A stretch of DNA of 63,981 bases, filler included, from Octopus bimaculoides (lineage: Eukaryota): the NCBI RefSeq assembly GCF_001194135.2. It is 5 parts of 5 records of this genome, joined end to end, with 100 filler letters (N's around TTAATTAATTAA, not from the genome) between each part and the next. Parts side by side here need not be neighbours in the genome. Positions count along the whole stretch, not along the records: positions 30,059 to 53,033 come from NC_068998.1; positions 53,134 to 61,389 come from NC_068988.1; 3 more parts are not named here. One strand, written 5' to 3'. The translations under genes were made by a program, and so were the position numbers. Of the stretch, positions 49,300 through 61,389 are shown piece by piece (positions within the stretch are counted from its first letter, which is position 1; every line of letters starts with the position of its first letter). The notes under the pieces are model-generated. The model did no database searches. It was not told the DNA's origin and saw only the letters and a program-made list of their open reading frames with translations.

Positions 49300-50110
49300 G
49301 CCTTTGAATGTCACATTGCATCACTCAGATAACACCTGCTGAACAGTAAAGAAAGAAATGAGTACATTCCATACTCAAAAGTGAGAGCAGCATCTTCAGC
49401 ATTCAATAAGAACTAATGTGCAGGTATTCTGAGAAGAAAACTATCTCATGCAACCCAAATGAGACTGGACTGACCTACCTAAACAGAAGTTTGGAGGAGA
49501 AACAGGTATCACACCAGTAAAAACAAATGCATGGGTATATATCCCATAAGCTAGACGATAAAACAGTATTGACAGGAAGAGTAGCCTCTCTTGGACCTGT
49601 GATAGATACGCTACATTCCACCTAGAAGGGTATGCCTTCATTATCCAGGGAGACAGCTACTAAATATCTGATAAATAAGAGGAACAAAGATAATACCAAC
49701 CTCCATATCATGATAGAAAATGTCAGCTCTGCTATGCCAGTGAAGAAGATATCACCCACATCATCAGCAGCTGCTTCAAAATGTCAATGAGATACTATCT
49801 GCCGCTGAAGTTAAGACTACTTACAATGGTATCCATAGGAAGGGCTGCCCTAACATATGCATCAAAGGCATGTCAGAACCAGCAGGCATTTATACCTTTA
49901 AAACAAGGAATATTGGTGGAACATGCCAATAAAAACAGCAATTTGGTGCAAACATAACAGAGCTAATATTGTTCTGTGGGTCAGGGAAAAAAGTCATGCA
50001 CTGTTGTAAAGGTCAGCTGCCCAGGGAATATGAATGTACTATCGAAAGCCCAAGAAAAAGAGAGCATTTATGACAAATTAATGCAAAACTTACAGCTCTT
50101 ATACCTATCA
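49300..50110 (+). mobile_element. R4/Dong-like RLE LINE fragment (CCHC zinc knuckle plus RLE)
   Basis: KCQLCYASEEDITHIISSC, then EYWWNMPIKTAIWCKHNRANIVLW and KVSCP. Decayed. Confidence 0.75.
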
Positions 50111-50465
50111 TCATATATGCATTAAGCTATGTACCAACAGATTTACACAAAAACCAAGAAATGCTATGTTCTTCAAATAAACTGCAAAAGAAACTGATGT
50201 GGATTCTCCAAATCCATCCATTAGTGACCCAGTGGAAATCCGTAAGAAATTCCAAAGATTCTCCAAGATTCTTTAGGTGAATAGATGCACACACTTCAGT
50301 GTGTGCATCGACAATCCAACCAACACACCAACTCAACAACACATCTACAAACTCCAGGAACTCTCTAAACCTAAAAGCACTTGTTGCTTTGTTAATGACT
50401 GGCTTGTATTCTCTAAAGAAGAACGTAAATAAAACTCAAAGAAAAGTCATTCACTTTCACTCACA

Positions 50466-50503
<38 letters not shown>

Positions 50504-50719
50504 TGAATATATTGATACATCTAATGGACACATCTGATTCAAAGCAGGCTGGCACTCTAAAACCAGCCACTGAAGATAAACTGCCCTGTCCCATTGATAG
50601 ACAGACAGAACGGTCAGCTAAATCTAGCAGTAAACAACACACTAACAACTTAGCTGAAATCCATACCTATGTTGTACAAACAGAACACCAAAAACTTGTG
50701 GATGCCTTACAAGTGATCT

Positions 50720-51630
50720 GGGATGATGTTTCAACAGGTCCACAACCTTAATTTGAATGACAGGCCATGCAACACCAGTATAAGTAAAGAATTCAGTAAA
50801 TTAAAATTGGAGGCAGTAAACAAAATAGCAAACAAATATCTGAAGACCACACAGTCCAGAAGTATGAAAACAACCTACAAAACTATCAACCTTTTGATCT
50901 ATGTCTCAGCTATTACATTACCAACATATCGCAAACAGCTGAAGCCACACAATCAAGATTCAAGCAGAAAGCCTGAACCAGCATGGGTATGTAACTTAAA
51001 GAAGAAAATTTTATTCCTGCACAAAAGTATCTTACAGGTTTTTGTAGAGAACAATTTCACATGACATCAGGAAGACCTCAGAAAAAACATGAAGAGGTGA
51101 TTTGGTAATACAGGATTCAGAAACCTAAATTCCAAACTGCACTAACTGAAACAACTCACAGTTACAGCTGGAAAACTAAAATATAAATCTACAACATATA
51201 AACAGCAAATGCTCAATAAATCATTTGCCAGAGATCCCAAGTCAGTTAATACAGCTTCAATGTGAATCGTTCAATCTCTGAAAAAGACTCATCCATCCCC
51301 TCAAAAGGTTAGTTTGAGGCTACTAGAGATTTGTATAGGAAACAAATGACCAATTCAACAAACAAACTGTGTAGCTAAAAGAACTGGAACAGGTTTACTG
51401 CAGGCAGGCATACATACATAAGCAACAATCTAGATAAGCTTGGATTTCAGAAAACGAAATCAACTAATTTACACATTACAAATATAGTCTATAAGTGGAA
51501 CAGTAAAAATATGCAAGGCTTTTATCCAATTTAAATTGTGATATAGTTATTGCTATCTACATTCCAACAAAAGAGCTTTGTATCTTTGTTAGAAACTAGC
51601 TCCTTCCTCAGAGGAAGAATTTAAATGATT
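50720..51630 (+). mobile_element. R4/Dong-like LINE fragments (N-terminal region and ORF end/3' UTR)
   Basis: KTINLLIYVSAITL..EPAWVCNLKKKI resembles the R4 N-terminal region. SGTVKICKAFIQFKL* at about 51495-51540 and a 3' UTR match 48190-48310. Confidence 0.55.
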
Positions 51631-51701
51631 AAAAACAAGAGTATGAACAAACATATATACATAGGTATACACACACACACACACACACACACAACTGAAG
51701 T

Positions 51702-52215
51702 TACGAGGTCTGATCAATAAGTATCCAGACTGTTACCATGGTAACGAAGGTAAACCATGCAGAGTGAAGCCACTTGGCAAAGATTGACCTCGAACTCTGC
51801 TGTGCATGCACACTAAGTTTTAATATTTTAGCTCACTTCTGCTGATTACTTGGAAGGAAGGTGTGTGAACATGACAGAGAAAGTTGTCATGGCTATACCT
51901 GCTCAGAGGCCTATGCAAAATTGCAGAAAGTGTATGGAGAGGAGTGTATGAGCCACACACGAGTGGCTCATACATTTCAAAGGTGGTGAAAAAATCCCAC
52001 TATATGCATTCTCTGTCATGGTCAATGTGACGATCATATGCTACACACCTTCCTTCCAAGCACTGCTCTAAACAGTAGAAGTGAGCTAGAATGTTAAAAC
52101 TTAGTGCTTATTCACGGCAGAGTTCAAGATCAATCTGTGCCAAGCAGCTTTATTCTGTGTGTTTTAGCTTCAGTACTATAGCAACAGTGTGGATACTTAT
52201 TGATCAGACCACATA
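51702..52215. mobile_element. Mariner-derived fold-back MITE with ~190-bp TIRs
   Basis: TA-CGAGGTCTGATCAATAAGTATCC...GGATACTTATTGATCAGACCACA-TA. The arms match through CATGACAGAGAA. The spacer encodes a mariner N-terminal fragment (EAYAKLQKVYGEECMSHTRV). Confidence 0.88.
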
Positions 52216-52289
52216 TATGGACCAAGTATTAACCATATCAAAAAGCAATCGGATCTCAAAACCCAATTCTCTAAAGACATTGAAATAAA

Positions 52290-52680
52290 ATTTGGTGAGT
52301 CCAAATGTATATTTTCAATGATAAAATATGAGAAACTTGTGCCTGCATTCAAGGTAATAAATATGAATAATCTAAAAGTACAGCCTTTTGCTCTCTGTTA
52401 GAGAGCTACAAGTATCTTGGTCAGGATGAGAATGTAAGCTATGATGGACCCATGAATAAGGAGAAGACAAAGAATGAATATTTCAAGAGAGTTAAAAAAA
52501 TATGGTTGTCTGAACTCTCGGCTTACAACAATCATATCACCCACAACAGTTTTGCAGTGCCTGTCCTCACACCCACACTTAGTTTTCTAAACTGGTCACT
52601 ACAAGAACTCAGTGAGATAGATATATAAACTCTTAAGTTGCTGAGTTGTACAGGGAATTTCAAATTAATGGAGGTATGAA
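52290..52680 (+). mobile_element. R4/Dong-like LINE RT C-terminal fragment
   Basis: YKYLGQDENVSYDGPMNKEKTKNEYFKRVKKIWLSELSAYN..FAVPVLTPT..W. Confidence 0.7.
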
Positions 52681-52684
52681 TCAG

Positions 52685-53033
52685 GGGCATCATCATCATC
52701 ATCATCATCATGGGTTGGATGATTTGACTGAGGACTGGTGAAACCAGATAGCAACACCAGGCTCCAATCTAATTTGGCAGAGTTTCTACAGCTGGATGCC
52801 CTTCCTAACGCCAACCACTCCGAGAGTGTAGTGGGTGCTTTTACGTGTCACCTGCACGAGGGCCAGTCAGGCGGTACTGGCAACGGCCACGCTCAAAATG
52901 GTGTCTTTTATGTGCCACCCACACAAGAGCCAGTCCAGCGGCACTGGCAACGATCTCGCTCGAAAATCCTATGAAGGCCAGTCAGGTGGTACTGGCAACG
53001 GCCACGCTCAAAATGGTGCATCCCATGTGCCAC
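52685..53033 (-). mobile_element. RTE 3'-tail copy with a duplicated module
   Basis: Reverse complement of about 47950-48180. The module GCCAGTCAGG.GGTACTGGCAACGGCCACGCTCAAAATGGTG occurs twice (about 52862 and 52976). Confidence 0.88.
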
Positions 53034-53133
53034 NNNNNNNNNNNNNNNNNNNNNNNNNNNNNNNNNNNNNNNNNNNNTTAATTAATTAANNNNNNNNNNN
53101 NNNNNNNNNNNNNNNNNNNNNNNNNNNNNNNNN

Positions 53134-53368
53134 ATATATGTATATGTGTGTGTGTGTATGTTTGTGTGTCTGTGTTTGTCCCCCTAGCATTGCTTGACAA
53201 CCGATGCTGGTGTGTTTATGTCCTCGTCACATAGTGGTTCGGCAAAAAAAAACCGATAGAATAAGTACTAGGCTTACAAAGAATAAGTTCCGGTTTCGAT
53301 TTGCTCGACTAAAGGCGGTGCTCCAGCATGGCCGCTGTCACATGACTGAAACAAGTAAAAGAGTAAAT
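53134..53368 (+). mobile_element. tRNA-headed SINE, 3' half
   Basis: Matches 8010-8245 and the reverse complement of 26113-26310. Confidence 0.85.
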
Positions 53369-53529
53369 ATCCAGAAAATACTCTCTAGTATACTGAGGAC
53401 AAGAAAAAAAAACTACAGGGCTTCATTGGATAATGTAGACCTCGAAATAAGATCACGATTAGAATGATTCTGATCGATATGTATTGCCTTGTTTAAAGAA
53501 CATTGAACAATCATACATTTATCTATCTT

Positions 53530-53870
53530 CTGCGTTCACTATTCCTGGGAAAGACTTTGGGGTAGAGACCTCAGGTACCGCCGCCATAAGATCCTATAAG
53601 AAGCAACCATCAATTGCTCTTTCTGGCTGGATTACGACTGAGACCAACTGAGACTGTGATATTACTGAACCATTCATTCTTGATATGCCCCTTGGTCTGC
53701 TGCCGGATGGCTCGGCTTGAAGTATACGTCTTACGAGTCTTTTCTATGTCATTCTAATCACTTGTCCGTAGTACCAGAGCAGTGACCTCTCAATGCAGAG
53801 AAGTTGCGACTCGACCCGAAGAGACTTCCTGATCTGTGAACTACGCCTCCTGTCGTGTAACGTTAATTCA
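53530..53870 (-). mobile_element. RTE (Expander/Rex3-like) 3' fragment
   Basis: Minus strand RRSSQIRKSLRVESQLLCIERSLLWYYGQVIRM..AEPSGSRPRG. Confidence 0.65.
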
Positions 53871-54559
53871 GTGATTTTTAAATGACAAAAGTAAAGAATT
53901 AATGATGCGATTCAAATGGCTTTTCAATTGACGCCATATATAATTCGAAGAAGATGAATAATCATAATATAATCAACTGCATTTGGAGAGCCTAAGGCTA
54001 AAGAATGCTTTAAACATGACAGATCTGTAGAGTCATTAACGTACGAGAGATAAAAAGCATGGGTTGGGCGCAGTGTAATAAAGACAGCCATTTTTTATTA
54101 CAATCAGTGAGTCAGACAATGGAAAAGAATCTGGCTCGGAAATTTTGAACATCATTCAATTTTGGAAAAGAATCGAGAGGTCATTTTTCATTCGNNNNNN
54201 NNNNNNNNNNNNNNNNNNNNNNNNNNNNNNNNNNNNNNNNNNNNNNNNNNNNNNNNNNNNNNNNNNNNNNNNNNNNNNNNNNNNNNNNNNNNNNTGTATG
54301 TATGTATGTATGTATGTATGTATGTATGGCGTATTTTTCAATGTACGTTATTTTCCCCTTTTTTCTTTCTTTCTTTCTTACGTTTATTTTGTTTTAGCTT
54401 CATTTATCATAAGACGGGAAGTTAGAAAAAGAATCTGTCAACTATCTAATACTCACTTTTTCCTTTACGACTTGTCTTATTAAAATTAATATTATGTAAG
54501 ATAGCTGCCAAGCCAAAGTTCTGCTTGATTGGCATTTTACATTATTGTTGCATAAACAT

Positions 54560-54577
54560 GGCACCAGATGGCGCTCC
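54560..54577 (+). promoter_or_regulatory. Candidate CTCF-binding motif
   Basis: GGCACCAGATGGCGCTCC matches the CTCF core CCAC(C/T)AG(A/G)(T/G)GGCGC at all but the first position. Motif match only. Confidence 0.35.
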
Positions 54578-54839
54578 ACTCCACACAAATGGCGTTCGTT
54601 TTTTATTCCGACTTCAGCGTCAGTACAAAACAGCTATGCATTTATTTAGTCATTCATTTATTTATTTGCCATTTCTAACTAATAGAGGGTCATTTGTAAC
54701 CTCTGCCTTAAGGAAATGTCTTTAAATAATTGTTTCTCACTTTCAAGTGTTGTCAGATTTTTTCTTTTATTTTTTCTTCTTTCTTTCTGTTTCATTTTTT
54801 TTTTCTTTTTTTCTTTGACAGAGGAAAGCTACGTAGAAT

Positions 54840-55288
54840 ATAGAGTGATGAAACGGCTTCATTTCCGTCTAAGAGCATAAGAGCGCTACCAAGAGAGAAT
54901 GGAACTCCAGATTAAAGACCAAGCTTACGAAGAATATACTGCCGCAAGGCAGGGGAAAACTGGCGTCCAAAGAAGCCCCAAAGCCCGTTGGATGTATGCT
55001 TGCATGTATGTATGTACGTTTGTATGTATGTATGTATGCATGTATCTATGTATCTACGTATGTATGTATGCATGTATGTATGTACGTTTGTATGTATGTA
55101 TGCATGCATCTATGTATCTATGTATGTATGTATCTATGTATCTATGTATGTATGCATGTACGTATGCCTGTATGTATGTACGTATGTGCCTGTGTATAAA
55201 TGAATGAATTTATGAATGTAGGTACGTATACGTATATGCATTTATGGATGGATGTATATGATACATATATACGCACATAAATAAATAC

Positions 55289-55337
<49 letters not shown>

Positions 55338-55388
55338 TACATAATATATGAATATATATTTCAATGTGTGTGTGTGTANNNNNNNNNN

Positions 55389-55456
<68 letters not shown>

Positions 55457-55720
55457 GGATATGAAACATGCAGCTCCCCTCTCGGCATTCATCTGGAGTC
55501 TTAAGGATGAGAACAACAGAAATATCAAGTGGAAGAAACTTTCTAAGACCAAGCCTTACATTAACAGGTCAAAAAATGTATTTCGTATGCTCGTGTAAAA
55601 AACTGTACCGTTTAAAATACATCAGAGCCTTCAGGGACTAGGAACGAGATTTCTTCTTCATGTTCACATCTACACGACACATCTTATTATCGAGAATTAA
55701 AGATAAACCACCAGGTACGC
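54840..55720 (+). mobile_element. Penelope-like GIY-YIG C-terminal remnant interrupted by microsatellites
   Basis: KHAAPLSAFIWSLKDENNRNIKWKKLSKTKPY (55455-55560) resembles the Penelope T.LS.YIW.LKD...IKW segment. Confidence 0.55.
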
Positions 55721-56044
55721 CGTAAACTATTCCAGTATTGGTTTATGTAATTTTTGATATTCATTAAACACTGGTTATATTTCTTACAGAGTTATCTCCT
55801 CTTGATTCTTCTCGCTCTTTTTTTTTATTTTTTGATTCGCAGGCTCATCCACACCACGATTACGTCGAATGCAGGTACTGCACTGGGTACAACAGCAAAA
55901 GAAGCAGCAACAATAACAACAACAATAATAATAACTAAATGAAATATGTCGTATGTCGTAGACATGTAAATTCAGATGAATACACTCACGAATACACCTA
56001 TAAATACAAACGCGCACACACACACACACACATATATATATAGT

Positions 56045-56080
<36 letters not shown>

Positions 56081-57179
56081 NNNNNNNNNNNNNNNNNNNN
56101 NNNNNNNNNNNNNNNNNNNNNNNNNNNNNNNNNNNNNNNNNNNNNNNNNNNNNNNNNNNNNNNNNNNNNNNNNNNNNNNNNNNNNNNNNNNNNNNNNNNN
56201 NNNNNNNNNNNNNNNNNNNNNNNNNNNNNNNNNNNNNNNNNNNNNNNNNNNNNNNNNNNNNNNNNNNNNNNNNNNNNNNNNNNNNNNNNNNNNNNNNNNN
56301 NNNNNNNNNNNNNNNNNNNNNNNNNNNNNNNNNNNNNNNNNNNNNNNNNNNNNNNNNNNNNNNNNNNNNNNNNNNNNNNNNNNNNNNNNNNNNNNNNNNN
56401 NNNNNNNNNNNNNNNNNNNNNNNNNNNNNNNNNNNNNNNNNNNNNNNNNNNNNNNNNNNNNNNNNNNNNNNNNNNNNNNNNNNNNNNNNNNNNNNNNNNN
56501 NNNNNNNNNNNNNNNNNNNNNNNNNNNNNNNNNNNNNNNNNNNNNNNNNNNNNNNNNNNNNNNNNNNNNNNNNNNNNNNNNNNNNNNNNNNNNNNNNNNN
56601 NNNNNNNNNNNNNNNNNNNNNNNNNNNNNNNNNNNNNNNNNNNNNNNNNNNNNNNNNNNNNNNNNNNNNNNNNNNNNNNNNNNNNNNNNNNNNNNNNNNN
56701 NNNNNNNNNNNNNNNNNNNNNNNNNNNNNNNNNNNNNNNNNNNNNNNNNNNNNNNNNNNNNNNNNNNNNNNNNNNNNNNNNNNNNNNNNNNNNNNNNNNN
56801 NNNNNNNNNNNNNNNNNNNNNNNNNNNNNNNNNNNNNNNNNNNNNNNNNNNNNNNNNNNNNNNNNNNNNNNNNNNNNNNNNNNNNNNNNNNNNNNNNNNN
56901 NNNNNNNNNNNNNNNNNNNNNNNNNNNNNNNNNNNNNNNNNNNNNNNNNNNNNNNNNNGGTGGTGGTGGAGGTGGTGGTGGAGGTGGTGGTATAGATGGA
57001 CGTCTTGATTTTCTTCGTTAGTTCTTTTCCTCCCTCACAGATTCACTTTGAGTCGTATGCATTGGCGCTAACTACGGAAGATCAGATCAATGGTACTCTT
57101 CATTGCAACGTGCCACAAAATTTTGATATTTAGCTTCTTCAGCACTCATTATACACAGCTCCATTACTGAATATTCTTT

Positions 57180-57330
57180 GAAAACGTCAGAAGTTACAGT
57201 TTTATGACTTCTTCTATACCCACGACACGCATAATTAATCTTCTAGAACGTCAATTTGTTTGAACCAGTATACTAAATGGTTCACATCCAACAAACTGAA
57301 ATTAAACGCAAATAAAACCGGGGACTTCTT
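57180..57330 (+). mobile_element. CR1/L2-like RT fragment
   Basis: KWFTSNKLKLNANKT motif. Confidence 0.45.
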
Positions 57331-57753
57331 AACTGGTTTTCCACCATAATATACATATACAATACAATGCCTACAATAAACGTATATAAACGTATGCGAG
57401 ATAATACGACTGTAAAAGTTTTACGTTTATATATATTTATATAAGAATATCTCATTTATGTATGTTATACGTTTCTATACACTTATATGCGTATATCTCG
57501 TGTTTATATGTTATACGTTTATATATGTTTACATATGTATAGCTATCTTTTATCTTTTACTTGTTTTAGTCATCGGATAGCGTCCATGCTGGGAGATCGC
57601 CTGCAAGAATTTTAGTCGAATTAACCCCTCCCCCACTATTTATTATTTGTAATGCCTGGTGCTTACTCGATCGGTCTCTTTTGCCGAAACGCTAAGTAAT
57701 ACGGGAACGTAAACACACCATATATATATATATATATTTATTTATTTACATAC

Positions 57754-57784
<31 letters not shown>

Positions 57785-58079
57785 NNNNNNNNNNNNNNNN
57801 NNNNNNNNNNNNNNNNNNNNNNNNNNNNNNNNNNNNNNNNNNNNNNNNNNNNNNNNNNNNNNNNNNNNNNNNNNNNNNNNNNNNNNNNNNNNNNNNNNNN
57901 NNNNNNNNNNNNNNNNNNNNNNNNNNNNNNNNNNNNNNNNNNNNNNNNNNNNNNNNNNNNNNNNNNNNNNNNNNNNNCCAAATTAACTCGGAAGCCTTTA
58001 GAAGAGGACACTTGCCCAGGGTGCCACGCGGTGGAAACGAACTCGGATCTCGAAGAAAAGTGGGGCGATAATGAGGTGG

Positions 58080-58273
58080 ATGTTAAAAAAGTGGCGACGG
58101 ATGTAAAAACAACAAACCTGTAGGTTAATTAAGTTAGGTTTTATTTGTGAAATACAATTGTTTTGAATTTGCTGCAGGAAATGATCTGTTTATGACGGTG
58201 TGTGGGGAATGAGCACTAGGGATATGGCCTGAGTGCCAAGGGGGCAGCAGCCCGAAAAGTTTGGAAACCACTG
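58080..58273 (+). mobile_element. hAT-like terminal fragment
   Basis: Ends AAAAGTTTGGAAACCACTG, the reverse complement of a CAGTGGTT(T/C)CCAAAC hAT-type TIR. Confidence 0.45.
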
Positions 58274-58479
58274 CTTTAACGGGTGCGATTTCGTTTGACG
58301 ACCTCAATCCCTTCAAGAGGCAAAAGCAGGCAGCCACATGGTTTACCGCTCACGGCTGGAAATAATCATGTTTTTGCCAATTAGCGAGACGTAAACATGA
58401 AGACCATGTGACCACCAGATTTTGTGTCTTCCAAAGGTTACAGTCAAATAAAGTTACACCTGCTGAAACTTGCTTCTAG

Positions 58480-59010
58480 CAGCGAGCGACCAGAATTGTT
58501 AGTGCGTCGGACAAAATGCTTAATTACATTCCTTCCGGCTTTATACGTTTTGAGTTTGAATCACGCCGAGGTTAAGTTTTCCTTTCATCCCTTCGGGATC
58601 GATGAAGCGCAAGTCAAACACTCGGATCGATGTAACCGGTTACCCCTCCCCTCAAAATTTCCGGTTTGCAACCCTGCAGCGGACCCGCATCCCATTCCGG
58701 GGAATGTGGGAAGTGTATTTTACTATAGCCCTGGGCCGACAAATCCTTGTGGAAGCCTGTCCTTTGAATGTACGTGTGTGTGTGTGTGTGTGTGTGTGTG
58801 CGTACGTGTCTTTGCATTTAGGTTTGTCTCAACAACTCATGTTGAACAACTAATGTTAGTTTATTTAAGTCCCCCCACCACATATCTCACTGGTTCGACA
58901 TAAGTGACCGATACAATAACAACTATATTTAAAAATAAGTATTTGGGTCGATTTCTTCGACTAAAACTCAAGATAGTGCCCCAGTATGGCCAAAATCCAA
59001 TGACAGAAAC
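58480..59010 (+). mobile_element. Composite of two degenerate SINE families
   Basis: 58480-58660 resembles the 60418 family; 58680-59010 resembles the 15757 family. Confidence 0.6.
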
Positions 59011-60417
59011 AAGTAAAAAAAAAAAAACAAAGCATAAAAAGCTACGATAAATTTTATTAAAAAGTATTTTAAAATTCTTCAGATATGTGGGAGTAGTGTC
59101 CGATGCAGAAATTGGTTTGTTCAGAAACTGTTGGCAATTTTGTCTCAGACAAAAACCACAAAACCATGCTTCACTTCAAATATTTGGATATTCAGCCTCG
59201 CCTCGAAAAATCCAGGTGCAAATATGTGAAGCAGAACTGATGTGGCTTTAAAACATCCTGTTTAATCTAGATTCAGACCCTGATGTCCTGAGTGGCACAA
59301 CTACGTTTGAGTTGGCAAATTTGCTTTATCTTGTAATTAAGCAGTAGTACACATACACATACACGCGCATACATAGATTCATATGCATAAACATGCGTAT
59401 ATATATATATATGTGTGTTTGTGTGTGAGCATTTATATATATATATATATATATATATNNNNNNNNNNNNNNNNNNNNNNNNNNNNNNNNNNNNNNNNNN
59501 NNNNNNNNNNNNNNNNNNNNNNNNNNNNNNNNNNNNNNNNNNNNNNNNNNNNNNNNNNNNNNNNNNNNNNNNNNNNNNNNNNNNNNNNNNNNNNNNNNNN
59601 NNNNNNNNNNNNNNNNNNNNNNNNNNNNNNNNNNNNNNNNNNNNNNNNNNNNNNNNNNNNNNNNNNNNNNNNNNNNNNNNNNNNNNNNNNNNNNNNNNNN
59701 NNNNNNNNNNNNNNNNNNNNNNNNNNNNNNNNNNNNNNNNNNNNNNNNNNNNNNNNNNNNNNNNNNNNNNNNNNNNNNNNNNNNNNNNNNNNNNNNNNNN
59801 NNNNNNNNNNNNNNNNNNNNNNNNNNNNNNNNNNNNNNNNNNNNNNNNNNNNNNNNNNNNNNNNNNNNNNNNNNNNNNNNNNNNNNNNNNNNNNNNNNNN
59901 NNNNNNNNNNNNNNNNNNNNNNNNNNNNNNNNNNNNNNNNNNNNNNNNNNNNNNNNNNNNNNNNNNNNNNNNNNNNNNNNNNNNNNNNNNNNNNNNNNNN
60001 NNNNNNNNNNNNNNNNNNNNNNNNNNNNNNNNNNNNNNNNNNNNNNNNNNNNNNNNNNNNNNNNNNNNNNNNNNNNNNNNNNNNNNNNNNNNNNNNNNNN
60101 NNNNNNNNNNNNNNNNNNNNNNNNNNNNNNNNNNNNNNNNNNNNNNNNNNNNNNNNNNNNNNNNNNNNNNNNNNNNNNNNNNNNNNNNNNNNNNNNNNNN
60201 NNNNNNNNNNNNNNNNNNNNNNNNNNNNNNNNNNNNNNNNNNNNNNNNNNNNNNNNNNNNNNNNNNNNNNNNNNNNNNNNNNNNNNNNNNNNNNNNNNNN
60301 NNNNNNNNNNNNNNNNNNNNNNNNNNNNNNNNNNNNNNNNNNNNNNNNNNNNNNNNNNNNNNNNNNNNNNNNNNNNNNNNNNNNNNNNNNNNNNNNNNNN
60401 NNNNNNNNNNNNNNNNT

Positions 60418-60830
60418 ATTCTTTTCTACTCTAGGCACAAGCCCCGAAATTTTGGGGGAGGGAGCCAGTCAATTACTTCAACCCCAGTACGCAACTGGGA
60501 CTTTAATTTATCGATCCCGAAAGGATGAAAGGCAAAGTCGACCTCGGCGGAATTTGAACACAAACGGAATACTGCTAAGTATTTCGCCCGGCGTGCTAAC
60601 GTTTCTTATTTCTTTATTGCCCACAAGGGGCTAAACATAGTGGGGACAAACAAAGACAGACAAAGGGATTAAGTCGATTACATCGACCCCAGTGCGTCAC
60701 TAGTACTTAATTTATCGACTCCGAAAGGATGAAAGGCAAAATCGACCTCGGCGATATTTGAACTCTGAACGTAAAGACGGATGAAATGGCGCTAAGCATT
60801 TCGCCCGGCGTGCTAACGATTCTGCCAGCT
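60418..60830 (-). mobile_element. Two tandem tRNA-headed SINEs sharing a body but with different 3' tails
   Basis: The core GAAAGGATGAAAGGCAAA(G/A)TCGACCTCGGCG occurs twice. Tails are CTTTTCTACTCTAGGCACAAG (60421) and TTTCTTTATTGCCCACAAGGGGCT (60608). Confidence 0.85.
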
Positions 60831-61047
60831 GGCATTATTATCATCACGATAATAATGCTCACTATCTTCTTTGTCAAATCTTCTTAGCTGTTTATTCCCT
60901 TCCTTCCGTGCCTTACTCTGTCGTCCCTGGTATTGTGTAATCCGCGTTTAACTACATTTTTAACCTTTTCTTTGACTATCTTGGTAATTCTGAACATTCT
61001 GTTTAGAATATTTCAATATGGGTGTCAGAGTGTAAAAGAGAAGTTAG

Positions 61048-61138
<91 letters not shown>

Positions 61139-61343
61139 TAGAATGATAGAGACAGACAGGCACAGATGGACAGAGAGACAGACAGAAAGACACACAGAGA
61201 GAGCGACAGAGAGTCATAGTTAACATGTGGTGTGTAAGTCTACGTGCGTGTGTATGTGTACGTGGGTGTTGTGTGTGTATATGCATGTGTGTGTGTGTAC
61301 GCCTACTATATAAACACACACATTCAAATATACATATATAAGC

Positions 61344-61389
<46 letters not shown>

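Noticed and set aside
57041-57092. Plus-strand exon-like segment (cctccctcacag|IHFESYALALTTEDQING|gtactc)
   Set aside because: Good acceptor but weak donor, no homology and no linked exons; adjacent to LINE debris.
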